Positions 44,345-55,384 of a stretch of 64,000 nucleotides of DNA are shown here, piece by piece. The DNA is from an uncultured Verrucomicrobiae bacterium (GTDB taxonomy: Bacteria; Verrucomicrobiota; Verrucomicrobiia; Chthoniobacterales; UBA10450). The DNA lies in the NCBI GenBank assembly GCA_963815455.1, contig CAWFGO010000002.1:544001-608000 (forward strand), given 5' to 3'. The translations under genes were made by a program, and so were the position numbers. The notes beneath the pieces were generated by a model. That model ran no database searches. It had not been told where the DNA came from and was given only the letters and a program-made list of their open reading frames with translations. The first letter of the stretch is position 1, and each line of letters begins with the position of its first letter.

Positions 44345-44488
44345 GGGGAGCGCAGGCTGCCAGCCTGCTGTCGTCGGCAACTTGCCAACGACGCCACACA
44401 TGCTGTTACAACAAGTTGTTGGTGCCGAACGTTCCAAGGGCTTTTCGGCAAGCTGCCGAAAAGGACAGGCTGGCAGCCTGTGCTCCCC
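44345..44488. repeat. REPIN/MITE-like element with 23-bp terminal inverted repeats
   Basis: ggggagcgcaggctgccagcctg ... caggctggcagcctgtgctcccc (1 mismatch), with internal cggcaa.ttgcc-type hairpins. Confidence 0.85.
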
Positions 44489-44499
44489 AGACCGGGAAA

Positions 44500-45798
44500 C
44501 TACACCATCAGCAATGCCGGATTTTCGAGAAGACGGCGAAGTTCTTTTAAGTACTCCGCGCCGAGGGCGCCGTCAATGACGCGATGGTCGCAACTCATCG
44601 TGATCGACATCGTATGGCCAACTACGATCTGCTCGGATTCATCTACCGCCGGAACTTTTGTGATCTTACCGATCGCAAGGATAAAACCCTGGGGCGGATT
44701 GATCACGGCCGAAAAACTGTCGATGCCCATGCCGCCGAGATTCGATACGGTGAATGTGCCGCCCTGAAATTCCTCGGGCTTCATTCTCTTGTTGCGAGCG
44801 CGTTGCGCCAGATCCTTCGCCGACTCGCTGATCTCGCGCAGAGATTTGTTTTGCGCTGCGCGAATGATCGGCGTCAACAATCCATCTTCGATCGCAACCG
44901 CAATGCCAAGATCGACATCGGCGTATTGCACGAGCGCGTCGCCGTCGAATGAGGCGTTTACCTTGGGAACTTTTACCGCTGCCTGGACCGCCGCTTTCAA
45001 AACAAAATCGTTTACGGTGATCTTGGAGGTATCGCTTTCTTCTCCCGCGGTTTTCAATTCCGCGCGCGCGGCCATGAGCGGTCCGGCGTCGATGTCGATG
45101 GTGAGATAAAAATGCGGAACAGGACCGAGGCTCTCGGCCAGTCGCTGGGCAATGATCTTGCGCATCCCCGAGAGTTGAATGCGGTTTCCTTCGCCGGGTT
45201 TGACTGTAGGCGCGGGCGCCGACCGCGGCTGGGAAGGACCTTTAGCTGCGCCGCGGTCAGCGCCCGCGGCTACAGATCCGGATTTCGCAGCGCCGCGCAC
45301 ATCGGTCTCGGTGACGCGGCCTTCGGGGCCTGTCCCCTTGACGCTGGCAAGATCGACACCGAGCTCCGCTGCAATTCGACGCGCGACCGGCGACGCTTTC
45401 ACTCGCGCCGTCGTGGCATCGGCGTCTCGCCGATGATTATCTTTCGGAACATCGGCCGGAGGCCGATGCCCCTCTTTTTTTGCAGTCGGCGCAGGCTTGT
45501 CAGTTTCCTTTTGCGGTTTCTTCTCTTTCTTTTGTTTCTCGTCTTTTTTGGGCGCTTCCTCGCCTTCCTCACCGATGAACCCGATTCGGTCGCCCACATT
45601 CACCTTCCCGCCTTCTTCGACATAAATTTCAGTAAGCGTTCCGTCCTCGGGCGATTCCCATTCCATCGTAGCCTTGTCGGTTTCGATCTCGGCGATCACT
45701 TCGCCGGCCGAAACTTTGTCGCCTTTCTTTTTCTTCCACGAAACCAGAGTTCCCTCCGTCATCGTGTCGCTCAACTTGGGCATTTGGATCTCAGGCAT
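44500..45798 (-). CDS. pdhC: Pyruvate dehydrogenase E2 (dihydrolipoamide acetyltransferase)
   Basis: Lipoyl ETDKA, E3-binding ASPVARR..GTGPEGRV, catalytic DHRVIDG. Confidence 0.95.
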   Translation of the reverse strand: MPEIQMPKLSDTMTEGTLVSWKKKKGDKVSAGEVIAEIETDKATMEWESPEDGTLTEIYVEEGGKVNVGDRIGFIGEEGEEAPKKDEKQKKEKKPQKETDKPAPTAKKEGHRPPADVPKDNHRRDADATTARVKASPVARRIAAELGVDLASVKGTGPEGRVTETDVRGAAKSGSVAAGADRGAAKGPSQPRSAPAPTVKPGEGNRIQLSGMRKIIAQRLAESLGPVPHFYLTIDIDAGPLMAARAELKTAGEESDTSKITVNDFVLKAAVQAAVKVPKVNASFDGDALVQYADVDLGIAVAIEDGLLTPIIRAAQNKSLREISESAKDLAQRARNKRMKPEEFQGGTFTVSNLGGMGIDSFSAVINPPQGFILAIGKITKVPAVDESEQIVVGHTMSITMSCDHRVIDGALGAEYLKELRRLLENPALLMV

Positions 45799-45803
45799 GG
45801 AAG

Positions 45804-45831
45804 AAGTTGAGAGTTGATGGTTGAGAGTTGA
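45804..45831. repeat. Short tandem heptamer repeat (NNGTTGA x4)
   Basis: aagttga gagttga tggttga gagttga between pdhB and pdhC. Confidence 0.8.
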
Positions 45832-45846
45832 GGGAAGAATCGACAA

Positions 45847-46830
45847 TCACGCGTAACAGACTTTTTTCACGGCGGCCAAGAGTTTGTCGGCGTTTGGCAA
45901 AACGAATTTCTCGAGGCGCTCGTTATAGGGTATCGGCACATCCTCTTGGGACACGCGCATGATCGGCGCGTCGAGCTCGTCGAAAATATTTTTCTGGATC
46001 CGGTAACAAACTTCCGCGCCGATTCCGCAGAAGGGGCGGTCCTGTTCCACGATCACAGCCCGATGCGTTTTCGAGATCGAATCGTAAATCGTTTTCTCAT
46101 CCAATGGCTTGATCGAGCGAAGATCGACAATCTCCGCCGAAATGTCCTCCTCCTCGAGTTGGGCTGCGACCGCGAGCGCAAGATGGACGGTCTGCGCATA
46201 ACAAATGATCGAAACATCGCTCCCTTCACGCTTCACTTCCGCCTGGCCGAGAGCAATAAGGAGCTCCTCGTTCGGCGGTTCGACCATTCCTTTCGAGCTG
46301 TAAAGCAACTCCGATTCGAGGACGAGCACCGGGTTGTCATCGCGCACCGCAGTCTTCAACAAACCTTTGGCATCGCGTGGCGTGGCCGGCGTGCAAACCT
46401 TCAGGCCCGGCACGCTGGCGAAGAAATTTTCGGTGGCGTGGGAATGGGTCGCGCCAAGTTGATGGGCCGGACCATTCGGGCCGCGGAACGTAATCGGAAC
46501 ATTGAATTGGCCGCCCGACATCATGAGCATGTTAGGCGCGTTGTTTACAACCTGATCGAAAGCGACCAGCGAGAAGCTGAACGTCATGAATTCGATGATG
46601 GGCCGCAGTCCCACCATGGCGGCGCCGATTCCCAACCCGGTGAAACCGTTTTCGCTGATCGGCGTATCGATGATGCGTTTCGCGCCGAAGCGTTCAAACA
46701 AACCCTGGCTGACCTTGTAGGCGCCCTGATATTCGGCGACTTCTTCACCCATGAGAAAGACATTCGGATCGCGCTCCAGTTCTTCGGCGAGCGCTTCGTT
46801 GAGGGCCTGGCGATAGGTGATTTCTCTCAT
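45847..46830 (-). CDS. pdhB: Pyruvate dehydrogenase E1 beta
   Basis: MGEEV, DTPISE, EFMTF, DLRSIKPLD. Confidence 0.96.
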   Translation of the reverse strand: MREITYRQALNEALAEELERDPNVFLMGEEVAEYQGAYKVSQGLFERFGAKRIIDTPISENGFTGLGIGAAMVGLRPIIEFMTFSFSLVAFDQVVNNAPNMLMMSGGQFNVPITFRGPNGPAHQLGATHSHATENFFASVPGLKVCTPATPRDAKGLLKTAVRDDNPVLVLESELLYSSKGMVEPPNEELLIALGQAEVKREGSDVSIICYAQTVHLALAVAAQLEEEDISAEIVDLRSIKPLDEKTIYDSISKTHRAVIVEQDRPFCGIGAEVCYRIQKNIFDELDAPIMRVSQEDVPIPYNERLEKFVLPNADKLLAAVKKVCYA

Positions 46831-47804
46831 TCTTGTGCGCCTTTGAAGTAAACGTAGTCGAAAACTTTTTCGACCGGTAGCTCCGGACTTTGCTCGGCAA
46901 ATTTCACTGCCGCGAGCACCGTTTCTTTTGCTTTCTTGTCGATCTTATCGAACTCCTCGTTGGTCAGCTTTCCCTCGCGGGTCAATTGCGCGCGGAAACG
47001 GGTGATCGGGTCGTCCAGTCGATATTTCTCCAGTTCCTCTTTCGTCCGATAACTGGCGGGGTCCGACATGGAATGACCGCGGTAGCGATAAGTGCGAACC
47101 TCGACAAACGCCGGGTGCGGATCTTTGCGGATCGAGCCGGCGATCTCGGCCAGCTTGTCGCGCACTTCGCGGAAACTCATTCCATCGACAATATCGCCGG
47201 GAATATCGTAACCCTCGGCCCGATCGACGATTTGTTTCAACGATGTCGATCTTTGCACGGATGTGCCCATGGCGAAGAGGTTGTTTTCGCAAATGAGAAT
47301 GACGGGCAATTTGTAAAGCGCGATGAGATTGAGCGCTTCGTGGAAAGCGCCTTGATTTATGGCGCCGTCGCCGAAATAGCAAAGCGTCACCCGGTCTTCA
47401 CCGCGATATTTTGAGGCGAACGCCATTCCTGCGGCCAGCGGCACGTGGGCGCCGACAATTGCGTGCCCGCCGTACATGTGATTTTTCTTGTCGAAAAAAT
47501 GCATCGAACCGCCGAGCCCGCGCGAGCAGCCGGTTTCCTTGCCGAAAAGTTCGGCCATGCAGGCGTTGGCGCTGGTGCCGCGGGCCAGAGCGTGGGCGTG
47601 ATCGCGATACGCCGTGATGATGTAATCATCGTCGCGCACCGCCGCGACAGAACCGACCGCAACAGCTTCCTGGCCAATATAAAGGTGGCAAAAACCGCCG
47701 ATCTTCTGCGCTTGATATTGCTGGCTCGCGCGTTCCTCGAAACGGCGGATCAGCAGCATCAGCGCGAGCATCTCGACCTCGTCGCGTGGCTCGGGCCGCT
47801 GCAT
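46827..47804 (-). CDS. pdhA: Pyruvate dehydrogenase E1 alpha
   Basis: GFCHLYIGQEA, GGSMH, TPP motif GDGA..N, YRYRGHSMSDP. Confidence 0.96.
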   Translation of the reverse strand: MQRPEPRDEVEMLALMLLIRRFEERASQQYQAQKIGGFCHLYIGQEAVAVGSVAAVRDDDYIITAYRDHAHALARGTSANACMAELFGKETGCSRGLGGSMHFFDKKNHMYGGHAIVGAHVPLAAGMAFASKYRGEDRVTLCYFGDGAINQGAFHEALNLIALYKLPVILICENNLFAMGTSVQRSTSLKQIVDRAEGYDIPGDIVDGMSFREVRDKLAEIAGSIRKDPHPAFVEVRTYRYRGHSMSDPASYRTKEELEKYRLDDPITRFRAQLTREGKLTNEEFDKIDKKAKETVLAAVKFAEQSPELPVEKVFDYVYFKGAQE

Positions 47805-47811
47805 CGGAAAT

Positions 47812-48399
47812 TTATACGACGCGCGGCAAGGCCGTTCTCGCCTGCGAACGCGCGGGATTTCGGCCAAAGCTCATGCAGATGACAAAAAGAAACGTGAAGA
47901 AAAGATCGCTCACGAGCGAGTTACGGAAAAACATCCAGCTCGGCGTGGCGCCATAAGCCGGCAGACCCACTGTCAGCGCCTGGAGCAATCCACCAAAGTT
48001 CTTCACGTAACCCGGATCGAAGACCCAGGAGACGGTGTTCGTAACCACGTAAAAAACGACGGAGGCTGCGATTGAGGCGGGCAGCAGCGTCTTGAGCGAG
48101 GCGCGATTCTGCAAGAGCAGCCCCAGCCCGCCCACGAGGGCAAACCCGAGATAATGCGAAGCGACAAACGGACTGAGCAACGAAAAGCCGTAGTGCATGT
48201 TGAGCACGACATCCGAAATGAGGAGCGCGATCATCGGAACGGCGAATTTGTATCTCATCGGGAAATAAGCGGCTGCGCAAAGCGCGATCGCGGCGAGCGG
48301 CGCGAAGTTCGACAACCCGGTGGAACCGGAGGTGATCAGAAGCCCCGTCGTGATGCGATAGCCGACGGCCGAAAAAATGAGAAAAAGCGCGGGAATCAT
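47812..48399 (-). CDS. DUF6580-like putative transporter (ECF S-component-like)
   Basis: NFAPLAAIAL, SDVVL, SVVFYVVTN, GLP...FFRNSLVSDLFF; about 6 TM segments. Confidence 0.7.
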   Translation of the reverse strand: MIPALFLIFSAVGYRITTGLLITSGSTGLSNFAPLAAIALCAAAYFPMRYKFAVPMIALLISDVVLNMHYGFSLLSPFVASHYLGFALVGGLGLLLQNRASLKTLLPASIAASVVFYVVTNTVSWVFDPGYVKNFGGLLQALTVGLPAYGATPSWMFFRNSLVSDLFFTFLFVICMSFGRNPARSQARTALPRVV

Positions 48400-48438
48400 C
48401 GCCAAGACTTTAGCCGTCCCGCGAGATATGCCAAGACC

Positions 48439-48687
48439 TCACTTCGCGGCTGTGAGCATGCGATTGAGTCGCGCCTTGCGCCGCCTGGCCGCGTTGCCGT
48501 GAATGATTCCCTGCTTGGCCGCCTTATCGATCGCGGCAACCGCAGCGCGAATTTGGTTCGGGTCGGGTTTTGTGGCAGCGAGGGCCCGCTTTTGCGACGT
48601 CCGGATATGGCTGAGAACGGAACGGTTCCGCAGGGAGCGACGGAGAGATTGACGAGCGCGTTTGCCGGCGGATTTCGTGTTGGCCAT
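48439..48687 (-). CDS. rpsT: 30S ribosomal protein S20
   Basis: MANTKSAGKRARQ...IDKAAKQGIIHGNAARRRKARL. Confidence 0.95.
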   Translation of the reverse strand: MANTKSAGKRARQSLRRSLRNRSVLSHIRTSQKRALAATKPDPNQIRAAVAAIDKAAKQGIIHGNAARRRKARLNRMLTAAK

Positions 48688-48717
48688 TCTTGAAAGAAGC
48701 CGTCGAAAGCCCCGGGG

Positions 48718-49407
48718 TCAAGCACCGCGGCCTGAAACGCGGCTGGCCAAGGCGTCCTTGGCTCGAGGTGGCTTAACCTGAGGACGGGCCGACGTCACCC
48801 AATCATCTTTCTCGGCGTCGATTTCTTCAGGGGGTTTGGCCCGCGAACGAGCGGCGTTCTTTGAAACTTTCGGCAACCGGTCCGGGATGATTTGCACCAT
48901 GGTCCCGATGGGAACTTGATTGTATAAAGTCGTGATGTCGCGCGACCGCATCCGGATGCAACCGTAACTGGCCGGCCGCCCGATGGTGCGTTCTTCGGGG
49001 GTGCCATGAATGTAAATGCAGCGATTGTAAGCGTGCACGTTCGAAGCCTCGAGGCCACGCAACCAAATGATGCGGGTCACGATAGGGTCGCGTCCCGGCG
49101 CGTTAGGACGAAGAACTTCTCCCGTCCAGCGACGGTTGTGAAACACCGCGCCCACCGGCACATTATCACCGATCTTTTGCGCAACCTGCAAAAATCCCAG
49201 CGGCGTCGTCATTCTTCCGCGAGAATCGCCCAGGCCGAATTTGGAAGTCGAAACCGGAAAGGTGGCAATTCTTACTCCGTTTTGGAGGAGCATTAATTTC
49301 TGATCCCGCACGCTGACAATGATGCGGTTGTCGGGAATGAAAAAACCTGCGTGCAGTGTCGTGGCGCAGAAAAGCAACCCTAAAACCCCGGCCCAAGAAC
49401 GAAACAT
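48718..49407 (-). CDS. L,D-transpeptidase (YkuD family)
   Basis: Signal peptide, TPLG, IYIHGT, ASYGCIRM. Confidence 0.9.
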   Translation of the reverse strand: MFRSWAGVLGLLFCATTLHAGFFIPDNRIIVSVRDQKLMLLQNGVRIATFPVSTSKFGLGDSRGRMTTPLGFLQVAQKIGDNVPVGAVFHNRRWTGEVLRPNAPGRDPIVTRIIWLRGLEASNVHAYNRCIYIHGTPEERTIGRPASYGCIRMRSRDITTLYNQVPIGTMVQIIPDRLPKVSKNAARSRAKPPEEIDAEKDDWVTSARPQVKPPRAKDALASRVSGRGA

Positions 49408-49438
49408 CCGGCCCTTCTTACTCGAAAACTGCGCTTTG

Positions 49439-50944
49439 TCACGCAGGAAGTGCGGCCGGGGCCCGGGAGCCGCCGAGAGTGAATTTGGGCCACCACAGGC
49501 CAAGCGACGAAATAGCGACATAAAGAAAGCCGCCTTGGAACATGAGCAGGAAAGGTACCGAAAGGAATTGCTGGTGGACGATGGCGAACCAAACGAAGTA
49601 ACTAAAATAAAGCGCGAAAGCCATCTCGGCGATGGGCAGAAGCGATTTCAACGATTTGTACTTACAATTGCGCCAGGGCTGCGATTTGCGGTCGATGCCG
49701 TATTTGGGGGTGCGCGTAAAATCGGACCTGTGATTAAAGATGGCCTCGAGCACGGCCCGGGCGTTGTTGAGCGACAGTCCGACGCCAAGAGCGAGCAGAC
49801 ACGGGAGAAGAAGAATCTCTTTCATCCACGTACGGGGGTGCAATTCACGCTGCGCGCAAAAATAAAAGACCCCCACTGACACGGAGGCAGCGAGAAAGAT
49901 TGGGATATCCACAAGGAACGTGCGCGCCCAGCCGGGGGCCGGACCGCCCACGGAAGGATGCAACAGGACGCATAGGCAAGCCAGCAGCAGGTAAGCGAAG
50001 TTCGACATCAAATGGCCGGTCGCCTCGATTTTGATCGGCAGCGGCAATCTGCTTCGCCAAATCCTGGGCAAAAGCTTCTTGCACGTTTGAACCGAGCCTT
50101 TGGTCCAGCGATGTTGCTGGGACTTGAAGCCGTTCATGTCCACCGGCAACTCGGCCGGCGTTACGACATCGGAAAGAAAGATGAATTTCCACCCGACTAG
50201 TTGAGCCCGATAGCTAAGATCGAGATCTTCAGTGAGCGTATCGTGCTGCCAGCCGCCGGCTTCTTCAATACAGGAACGGCGCCACAACCCGGCCGTTCCG
50301 TTAAAGTTGAAAAACCGTCCGCTACGGCTCCGCGCCGTTTGCTCCAGAAGCAAATGCCCATCCAGAAACATCGCCTGCACGCGCGTGAGCACGGAATACC
50401 CCCGGTTCAAATGTCCCCAGCGCGTCTGGATCATGCCGACTTTGGGATCGGTAAAGAAATCGATCGTGCGCCTGAGTAAATCCGGCGGCGGGACGAAATC
50501 GGCATCGAGGATGCACACAAACTCGCCCTCGGCGGACTCGAGGCCGGCCGCGAGCGCGCCCGCCTTGAAGCCGGTGCGATCTACGCGATGGATGAGCTGG
50601 ACGTTGAACCCGCGCTGCCGCAGCTCTTTCGTGCACGAGGCAGTGATCTCGCGGGTTTCATCGGTGGAATCGTCCAGGACTTGGATCTGAAGAAGCTCCT
50701 GAGGATAATCCAGTTCGCTCACGGACAGGAGTAGACGTTCGGCCACATAAACTTCGTTAAAAATCGGCAACTGCACCGTTACCTTGGGGAGGCGATCGAA
50801 CCGGCCGGCCGGCACCGGCGCACGCTTCCGGTTCTTAAGGAACAAATAGACAATAAAATAGCGATGGATGCCGTAGGCGGATAGCCCGATCAGCACGCTT
50901 AAGTAACAGATTGTCCAGATAAGATTACCGAGGCTTCCTTGCAT
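49439..50944 (-). CDS. Processive GT2 glycosyltransferase (cellulose synthase/CslA-like)
   Basis: VQLPIFNE, DDSTD, KAGAL, DADF, TED, QQHRW; flanking TM helices. Confidence 0.9.
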   Translation of the reverse strand: MQGSLGNLIWTICYLSVLIGLSAYGIHRYFIVYLFLKNRKRAPVPAGRFDRLPKVTVQLPIFNEVYVAERLLLSVSELDYPQELLQIQVLDDSTDETREITASCTKELRQRGFNVQLIHRVDRTGFKAGALAAGLESAEGEFVCILDADFVPPPDLLRRTIDFFTDPKVGMIQTRWGHLNRGYSVLTRVQAMFLDGHLLLEQTARSRSGRFFNFNGTAGLWRRSCIEEAGGWQHDTLTEDLDLSYRAQLVGWKFIFLSDVVTPAELPVDMNGFKSQQHRWTKGSVQTCKKLLPRIWRSRLPLPIKIEATGHLMSNFAYLLLACLCVLLHPSVGGPAPGWARTFLVDIPIFLAASVSVGVFYFCAQRELHPRTWMKEILLLPCLLALGVGLSLNNARAVLEAIFNHRSDFTRTPKYGIDRKSQPWRNCKYKSLKSLLPIAEMAFALYFSYFVWFAIVHQQFLSVPFLLMFQGGFLYVAISSLGLWWPKFTLGGSRAPAALPA

Positions 50945-51136
50945 GGGCTTCGATGGCTGCGCTAAACAGCAGCAAGGGCGACATGATGACGTTTCCCTTG
51001 TCTCCGTCAATTCAAAAAAAAATGCTCTACAAATGGGAGTGACTCCACCACTCAATTATCCGCTCCTATCTTCCCCTTGCTTGAGGCGGCGGTCGGGTTC
51101 ATTGGTGATAAGCCGATTTTTTCGCAGTCAACAGGG

Positions 51137-53618
51137 ATGCAATTGCGAGACATACTTCAGAAGCGGCGGCGCGACCGGTTCGAACGCTTCAATATCGCTT
51201 TCCCGATCCTCCTCGCGGGCTGGGTCCCCTCGATACTAACCCTGGTTGTTTCTTACACCATTCTGACCAAGACGTTGGAATCAAGAATCCTGCGCGACCG
51301 GCAGACTTTTATTCGATTGATCGGCCACCTGGTGGGCGACGATCTGAGCCGGACCGGCGGCATTATCGAATATTACCAAACGTTGCCCGAGATCGCCAAA
51401 ATGCTGACCGGGCCCGACCCACAAATCGCTGCGCAACAGTGGCTCGGATCGGCCTTTTACTCACATCCACGGATCGACGGGATGTTCGTTACAACCCCTG
51501 ATGGTCGCCTCATCGCATCAGTCCCGAACATTCCGGAGATGATGGGCAAGGATTTTGAATCGGCCCTTTGGCGTGAAGAGGCCAAAACATCGAGCGGCGT
51601 ATTCGTCTCGGCCGTCCATCGCCGCTTTCCAGACCAGCGCATGGTGACCGACATCGTCGGCGCGGTGCGGGGCCCGGATCGAGCAATTGTGGGTTATCTC
51701 GGCATCTCGGTGTTGGTGGAGAGAATTGGGCGCCGGCTTTCCACCATCGAGTTTGCCGATCAATCGCTCTGCGAAGTGTTCGATCAGAAGGGCACCGCCC
51801 TTTTCGACAAGGACTTCCGCCCAAATCTGGGGTCCGTTTCGCCGCCGAGTTCGCTTTTAATGGAGGAGATCGGCAAAAGACAGCGCGGCCATTTCGAGCT
51901 CCAGGGAACCGTGTATCTCTTTTAGTCCGGTGGAATCGACGGGCTGGGCAGCGGTCGTGGAGCAACCGAAGGCCGTCGCCTACAAACCGGTGCACGATTT
52001 GCTGGCCCGAATGACTTTCCTCGCCGCCTGGTTGATCGCGCTCACGGGAGTCTTCGCCTGGCTGGCGGGCAAGTTTTACAGGCGGCAGACGGAAGCCAGC
52101 CGGCGAATCGAACGCGAAGTCATTTTCAACGAAAACATTCTGGCGAACATGCCGAGCGGCATCGCGTTTATCGATCCAATCTCGCGTCGATTCCTACAGG
52201 CGAATGAAGCTTTCACCCGAATGGCCCGGCGTTTTGGCGAGCTGCCGGACAATCGCGACATCACGGAAGCAACCTATGACGAGGTTAAGATCGCCCCGGC
52301 AACGGCAATCGAAAAGGTCCTCGCTTCCGGCGCGCCGTTCCAATTGGTCGAGCACCCGATCAAGGACAAAACCGGCATGGCCCACTTTGCGGATATCCAT
52401 CTCATTCGGCTCGAAGGCTCAAAAGGGAATGTGCAAGGCGTGCTCTATTTGGTTGAAGACAAAACCCGCGACATGACTCTGCGTCAGGAGTTGATCGGCG
52501 CGAACGCGGCCAAAGACCAGTTTTTGGCGCTGCTCTCACACGAGTTGCGCAATCCACTCTCGCCTGTGATCGCGATGGTAAGCGAACTCGAGCTGAGCAT
52601 GCCGGCTTCGCCGAGCGTTCGGCAGGCACTCGAGGTTATCCGTCGAAACGTGGAACTGGAAGCGCGTTTGATTGACGACTTGCTTGACGTCACGCGTATC
52701 GCCAAGGGCAAGCTGCAACTCACCTTCGAGATTGTGAGCGTGCACGAAATCCTCCAGCGCGCCTACGAAATTTGCCGCGAAGACATTTCCGCAAAGCAGC
52801 TGGAAACGGAATTCCGGCTTCGCGCCGGCGAAGCCCACGTCGAGGGCGATCCCGCCCGTTTGCAGCAGGTTTTTTGGAACCTAATCAAGAACAGCGTGAA
52901 ATTCACTCCGGCCAAAGGCCGCATTATTATAGAGACGCACAACCCGGCCCCGGAACAGATCGAGATCGGGATAAGCGACAACGGCATCGGCATCGAGCCG
53001 GAGAAGATCGACAAGATCTTCAACGCATTCGAGCAGGGCCAAAGCTCCATCACCCGGCGATTTGGCGGCCTCGGTCTTGGGCTGGCCATTTCAAAGGCAA
53101 TGGTCGACGCGCATGGGGGACGGATCCGGGTCCAAAGTTCGGGCAAGGACAACGGCGCAACCTTTTCGATCACTCTGAAAACTGTGCCGGCGCCGGCGAG
53201 CGCAGGCAATGGAGCGCAAACAACCGAAGCGCCCGCCGCTGGAAGAAAACGGCGCGAGCTCAGACAACGGCGGCTTCTGGTGGTGGACGATCATCAGGAC
53301 ACCTGCACAGGAATGAAATTGATGCTCGAACGCCGGGGCTACGAAATTACCGTCGCCCATTCCGCCGAGCAGGCGGTGGAAAGAGCGCAAAAACAGGATT
53401 TCGATCTTCTGATCAGCGACATCGGTCTGCCCGATCGGAGCGGCTACGAGCTAATGCGCGAATTGCAGAGTAGCAAAGGTCTGCGCGGAATCGCCCTGAG
53501 CGGTTTTGGCATGGAACACGACGTGAACAAAGCCAAGGCCGCTGGATTTTCGGAGCATCTCACCAAACCGATCAACTTCGAGCGGCTCGAGGAAGCGATT
53601 CAAGGCCTGCTGGCGTAG
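51137..53618 (+). CDS. Hybrid sensor histidine kinase (Cache, PAS, HisKA, HATPase, REC; frameshift near 51920)
   Basis: TM-Cache-TM, SHELRNPL, NLIKNSVKFT, DNGIGI, GGLGLGL, REC SDIGLPD/TKP. Confidence 0.9.
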
Positions 53619-53643
53619 AAAATTTTCCGCTTACTCCAAACCG

Positions 53644-53991
53644 TTATCCGCCGGCGGAGATGGCTTTCGATTTGCGTTCTTCCGATTCCTTAAGCTCCCG
53701 GGAAAGTTTTTCCACCCGCTGCCGCATCACTTTTCCGGCCTTGAATTTCACCGTGGCCCGCGAAGGGATCACGAAACTGCTGCCCGGTTGGTTCGGGTTT
53801 CGCCCAACACGAGGCTTGGTCAGGCGCGGCTGAAAAATGCCAAAATTACGCAGTTCCACTGGGACGTTATTGGCCAGGCTATCGGTAATCTTGTCGAGCG
53901 TCCGCTGGACCACGTCGAAGACCTGGTGCTGCACCATCCCGGTCTGATTGCTGATGGCGACCACGATGTCGCGTTTAGTTAGTTTTGCCAT
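53644..53991 (-). CDS. HU/IHF-family DNA-binding protein
   Basis: LTKRDIV, VELRNFGIF, GRNP, VKFKAGK. Confidence 0.93.
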   Translation of the reverse strand: MAKLTKRDIVVAISNQTGMVQHQVFDVVQRTLDKITDSLANNVPVELRNFGIFQPRLTKPRVGRNPNQPGSSFVIPSRATVKFKAGKVMRQRVEKLSRELKESEERKSKAISAGG

Positions 53992-54147
53992 ATCCACCTA
54001 GTAATCGGTCGTCGTCAGCGTTGCGGAGGTCAATAAACAGAAAAAAAATGATGAACTATCGGTGTAACCTCTTCCAATAGAGGCGCAAACGCAACTGCCC
54101 AGCTCTGCTCTGGCGGACCAGGCGCAATTCCCAGGATCTGCGGGAAA

Positions 54148-54582
54148 TCAGTGCGCGGGGGTGAGAAGCCCGAAAAGGCGGCTGATGTGGTAACCGATTA
54201 CGGTTCTACCGGCCAAGTCTTTCCGTTGGGCTTTGAGCTGTCCCTGCACGACGCCAAGTTTGGTGAACACGGTATTCCAATCGGTTTCCAGTCGACGAAC
54301 CTCATCGTTGGTCAACTCGCGAACACCGCGCACGGAAGAGGCGCGCTGCAAGACATTCATCACTTTGCCCGACAACTCGGCCACTACATTCAGTCTCGCA
54401 AAAACGTGCTCGGTCTCTTGCAGGAGATTGGCCCGAGTCTCGGTAAACTGCCGTTCCTGCTCGGTCGAGATAATCGGCCTGGCCTTATCGAGCCCATAGG
54501 TAATGAGGTCGTGCAAACGCTTCCAGTTATCCAATTGAAGCGTGAGCAGGCGCAGTTTTGTTTCGAGCTCCTTATCTTTCAT
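54148..54582 (-). CDS. Hypothetical alpha-helical protein
   Basis: 144-aa ORF overlapping the end of the upstream DUF4388 gene; amphipathic composition. Confidence 0.7.
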   Translation of the reverse strand: MKDKELETKLRLLTLQLDNWKRLHDLITYGLDKARPIISTEQERQFTETRANLLQETEHVFARLNVVAELSGKVMNVLQRASSVRGVRELTNDEVRRLETDWNTVFTKLGVVQGQLKAQRKDLAGRTVIGYHISRLFGLLTPAH

Positions 54583-55328
54583 TGTGGGATTGCAGGTTCA
54601 CCAGTTCGAGCGTCTCGTCGAGTTTTTGCAGGTTATCGATCAACAAATGGGCCCAGGGACGATCGACGGTTTGCACATGGCTGATGATCCCCTCTTCAAA
54701 ATAAAAGCGGCCTTGCCGCCACCGGAAAAGCTCCGCCACCGCCGCTTCGCCCTCGAGCGATCCGAAAACAGCGTGACGCACAGCTCCCTGCTGCAAATAA
54801 ATTTCGCTCGTCGCCGCGGCTCGACCTGAACGTGAACCGCCCGCTTCGCTGGCTCAGGCAACTCATCTGCAAAATCTCCGCAGCGGTAAATTGATTGAGG
54901 TTGCCGATTAGTGAGTGACACGGATCGATCCCCTCCGCCGTTGTGCCTCCCGGTTTTTCAAGCGAACGAACGAGGCTCCTCAACTCGCGGTCCAGTGCAC
55001 TTGGGCGTTGGCCGCTCAGGATCAAGCCGATCTCCTGTTGCTCGGCCACTGCGGCGATCGTTCCTTCCTCCAGTGCCGGCACCAGGCACGTTATTTTGAG
55101 CGAAGGAAAATGCTGTCTGGCATTCGTCGCTTGTTCCAGCGCCAGCACAGTTTCCCCTTCCACCACAAAAGCATCGAAATTTTCGGTCAATAGCACCGCC
55201 ACGGCCTCGGAAAGCGTTCGCGCGACCCTGACTTCGACTCCGTCGATCATGTCGAGGATGGCCAGCGCATCGTCTTGAAAGACTGGGTCCGCGTTTAAGA
55301 TTAGTAACCGGGTTTCCACGATTGCCAT
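54572..55328 (-). CDS. Pseudo-receiver plus DUF4388/PATAN domain protein (frameshift near 54810)
   Basis: REC-like N-terminus without Asp motifs. GNLNQFTAAEILQM...SGR joins QGAVRHA...EGEAAVAELFRWRQGRF. Confidence 0.75.
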
Positions 55329-55384
55329 AAGCCCGGCGGCTTTAGAGCAGGAACCTTGCCCGCGGCCGGGGTCCAGGCTGTTCC

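Noticed and set aside
51915..51930. Programmed frameshift or in-frame stop readthrough in the histidine kinase
   Set aside because: A one-base loss in a T run explains it, matching the error pattern elsewhere.
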